A stretch of DNA of 64,000 nt, taken from Rhizophagus irregularis. Taxonomy: Eukaryota. Shown here piece by piece: positions 61,590-64,000 of this stretch. The notes beneath the pieces were generated by a model. That model did not search any database. It saw only the letters and a list, made by a program, of their open reading frames with translations, and had not been told where the DNA came from. Made by a program: the position numbers and the translations under genes. The stretch is taken from assembly GCF_026210795.1 (NCBI RefSeq), contig NC_089434.1:4030001-4094000 (forward strand). Reading direction: 5' to 3'. Each line of letters begins with the position of its first letter. The stretch's first letter is position 1.

Positions 61590-62055
61590 TAGAGATGGGC
61601 ATGTTATATAACAATATAAAATAACACAATGTTATATAACATATATAACATATATAACAGTTATATAACATAAATAACAATGTGTAACAAATATAATACT
61701 GGCCAAAAAAATTGTATAGTGACTATAATTCTAGCCAAAATTATATTAAAAAATTTCTGATGTGATCGACGAAATAATTTCCTTTTTTGATTCTTGTGTA
61801 ACAACTGGCAAAGATTTTCTCAATTTTTATTGGGAGACAAAATTTCCTTTTTTGGATTTTTGTGTAACGTCACGTGATATGTGCCGAAATTAGAACTTAA
61901 TTCCGGCTAACTTAAATTAATTTTGGCCAATTTTGTTATATAATGTTATATAATGTTATATATGTTATATATGTTATATAACTAATATCAAAAAATGTTA
62001 TATATATGTTATATATGTTATAAATGTTATATAACGTGTTATATGCCCATCTCTA
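61590..62055. mobile_element. hAT-like MITE
   Basis: TIR TAGAGATGGGCAT; GTTATATA subterminal repeats; right TSD apparently interrupted after GG by the LINE. Confidence 0.85.
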
Positions 62056-62128
62056 GGGAAAAAAAAACTCTCTCCTGCATAAATCGATTTTCATAAGAAT
62101 CCGCAGCAAAATAAAATTTACTAGAAAT

Positions 62129-62586
62129 ATGGGTATAACACCGTCAAGAGAAGACTTCGTAGCCCTAGAAGGATACGCAAAAAAAGCGAAGAAGAGCGCA
62201 GAGCAATAATACAAAACGCGGGAATGGAAATAACCGATAACGACAAAGAGATAGCACAATTTTTGGGTTCAGAAGACGAAATACTAGGTTGTTTTATTAG
62301 GGGAATAATCACGATATGCTTAAGACACTTTAACAACCAAAGAACAAAAGAATTTAACGAATACATAGAAGATTACAAGACAGCAACAAACGATATGATA
62401 CAACAAAAAACTGTAGAAATGAACAAATGGGCCCGACTAAAAGAAGAACAATGGAACATCAAAGAAGAATATTATTTCAAAAATACATCGATAAAAGCGC
62501 ACCAAATACAAACCGAACTAGGAGCGGTAGATAACGAAGACAGGATAAGGATAGAAAAACAGGAAAAAAGAGAAAATTATGAATGA
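62129..62586 (+). CDS. Extra upstream ORF of the LINE (~152 aa if one A is restored in the A-run at ~62179-62185)
   Basis: MGITPSREDFVALEGYAKK/SEEERRAIIQNAGMEITDNDKEIAQFLG...; its stop overlaps the next start (ATGAATGA). Confidence 0.55.
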
Positions 62587-64000
62587 ATGTAGAAAGATAA
62601 CTATGAACAACCTCGACGAGGACAGCGACAAAGACGAAGAGATAATTCAACATACGTGGGAAATAGAAAGCAACACACCCAGTGAAGAATCATGGGACGA
62701 AGGGAAAATGAACCAAAAATACCACGTTTACAACAATGCATCACACCAGACAAATGAAAACACCAATAATACTTCGAGAATGCAGGTCGAGAATAAAAAT
62801 AGAAATTTTACAAAATCAAGAGACCAATCATTAACAATGGCGATCACTGCCGATCACAACATGGAAGAAAAACCTAATAAAAGTAAAGAGTCCGTGCATC
62901 AACCAAAATCAGAAAAAGATCTGAAATATTTCGCAGGACTTTTTACAGTCCAAATAAGGGATAGACAAACTGACCAATCGATAATAGAATATCTCAACAC
63001 CAATAAAATTTTAGAATATCACGTGAACACACTAGGTAGAACTACTCATCACGGCAACGAATACACGTACTTAGGCTTTTTCACAGAAGCAGCGAAAAAC
63101 GATTTTATAAACGACGGAAGAATATTGGGAACGATAGGAAAATTCAGAGATCTAGAATGGTTAAATAAATTGAACAAAACAATCATCATATCAGCAACCG
63201 GAATAGACGGAGAAAACACAGATATCAACGAAGTTATCCAAGCAATAGAAGACAAATTAGGTAAACTCAAAAACGTAACACAAAAAACAGGAAATGGAAA
63301 ATGGATAAGTATGAAACTAGAAATGGACATTAAATGTACAGAGGACGAACTATTTAACACCTGGGGAGTCCTAGTCAAAAACAAAATGATAAAAATCGAA
63401 CCAATGAATTACAAACATCATATAACCAAACAACGAGGAAGAATTATGGCGGAAATACTCGATATACTTAACGAAATCGACGAAACAACATTCTCAAAAA
63501 TACTTAAAACTACCAACGCAAGATATTGGTTCAAAACTAACAACAGGATGAAAGGAACATACAACATGAAGATATACTTCAACAACGATGAAGACAGAAA
63601 ACAAGCAATTAACAAAAAAATCAAAATCGACGGAAAGATTTTTACTTGGTTTTTTCGGACTGGACCGGGAAGACAGAATAATTTTCGTAATGAAAGAAGA
63701 AATGATAATGGATTTGGCAAACGATTTCAACAAGAAATGTACGATGGAAGAAAGACTGGAAGATCCAGATGCAATATATGCAAAAGGAATAACCACATCA
63801 CAGACGAATGTTATTTCAACAATAGAAACAGAACACATGAAAACAGAAGAAACTGGAACGACAACTGGAATGAAACATATAGACATAGAAAAGGTAGATA
63901 CGACAATGAAGGAAAGTTCAGATATGACACGCAACAACAACAATTCAGTGATCACGACGACAACAGATACAACGCCTACACCAACAGAGGAAAACAAATA
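62579..64000 (+). CDS. LINE ORF1-like nucleic-acid-binding protein (partial; missed by the ORF track because it has no stop)
   Basis: Open frame MNECRKITMNNLDED...YTYLGFFTE...YNMKIYFNNDEDRKQAI...CNICKRNNHITDEC. Confidence 0.8.
   Translation, partial: MNECRKITMNNLDEDSDKDEEIIQHTWEIESNTPSEESWDEGKMNQKYHVYNNASHQTNENTNNTSRMQVENKNRNFTKSRDQSLTMAITADHNMEEKPNKSKESVHQPKSEKDLKYFAGLFTVQIRDRQTDQSIIEYLNTNKILEYHVNTLGRTTHHGNEYTYLGFFTEAAKNDFINDGRILGTIGKFRDLEWLNKLNKTIIISATGIDGENTDINEVIQAIEDKLGKLKNVTQKTGNGKWISMKLEMDIKCTEDELFNTWGVLVKNKMIKIEPMNYKHHITKQRGRIMAEILDILNEIDETTFSKILKTTNARYWFKTNNRMKGTYNMKIYFNNDEDRKQAINKKIKIDGKIFTWFFRTGPGRQNNFRNERRNDNGFGKRFQQEMYDGRKTGRSRCNICKRNNHITDECYFNNRNRTHENRRNWNDNWNETYRHRKGRYDNEGKFRYDTQQQQFSDHDDNRYNAYTNRGKQI

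Larger units (their letters stand above)
62058..64000 (+). mobile_element. 5' part of a LINE-like non-LTR retrotransposon (runs off the window)
   Basis: Abrupt A/C-rich strand composition; long ORF1-like frame with RRM-like segments and a CCHC knuckle; ORF2 not visible. Confidence 0.75.

Noticed and set aside
63049..63997. Minus-strand ORFs of 100-167 aa
   Set aside because: Antisense shadows of the long plus-strand LINE ORF1

Overview
AT-rich eukaryotic (fungal) DNA. The gene families (TKL-type kinases with micro-exon tails, BTB-BACK-TLDc, F-box/LRR-like) suggest a Glomeromycota / Rhizophagus-like genome; this is inference. The main feature is a three-layer nested insertion. (i) A dispersed ~0.9-kb repeat array was hit by (ii) a ~2.7-kb non-LTR-type element (3316-18818 minus the nested insert; 16-18-bp TSD, (AAAT)n tail, one 604-aa basic ORF, 5' motif shared with the LINE starting at ~62058). 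That element was in turn hit by (iii) a young 12.8-kb Ty3/Gypsy LTR retrotransposon (5826-18638, minus strand, near-identical LTRs, GCGT TSD). The LTR element is organised like a complex virus: Gag is joined to protease by an in-frame UGA-CUA readthrough context; RT-RNase H and integrase are separate ORFs with their own ATGs; RT-RNase H is fused to a thymidylate/deoxynucleoside-kinase-like P-loop domain; there are at least 4 accessory ORFs, including a stand-alone mini-capsid; and a recurring TATAAAAAGGG motif sits at gene/domain boundaries. The rest of the window holds a BAG co-chaperone gene with heat-shock elements, two kinase genes and a kinase pseudogene, two BTB-TLDc genes and a pseudogene, two F-box/LRR-like genes, an unknown gene, many MITEs, a Helitron-like end, a higher-order tandem array (51-55 kb) and the 5' part of a LINE with an extra upstream ORF. 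All calls were made by eye; no searches were run.
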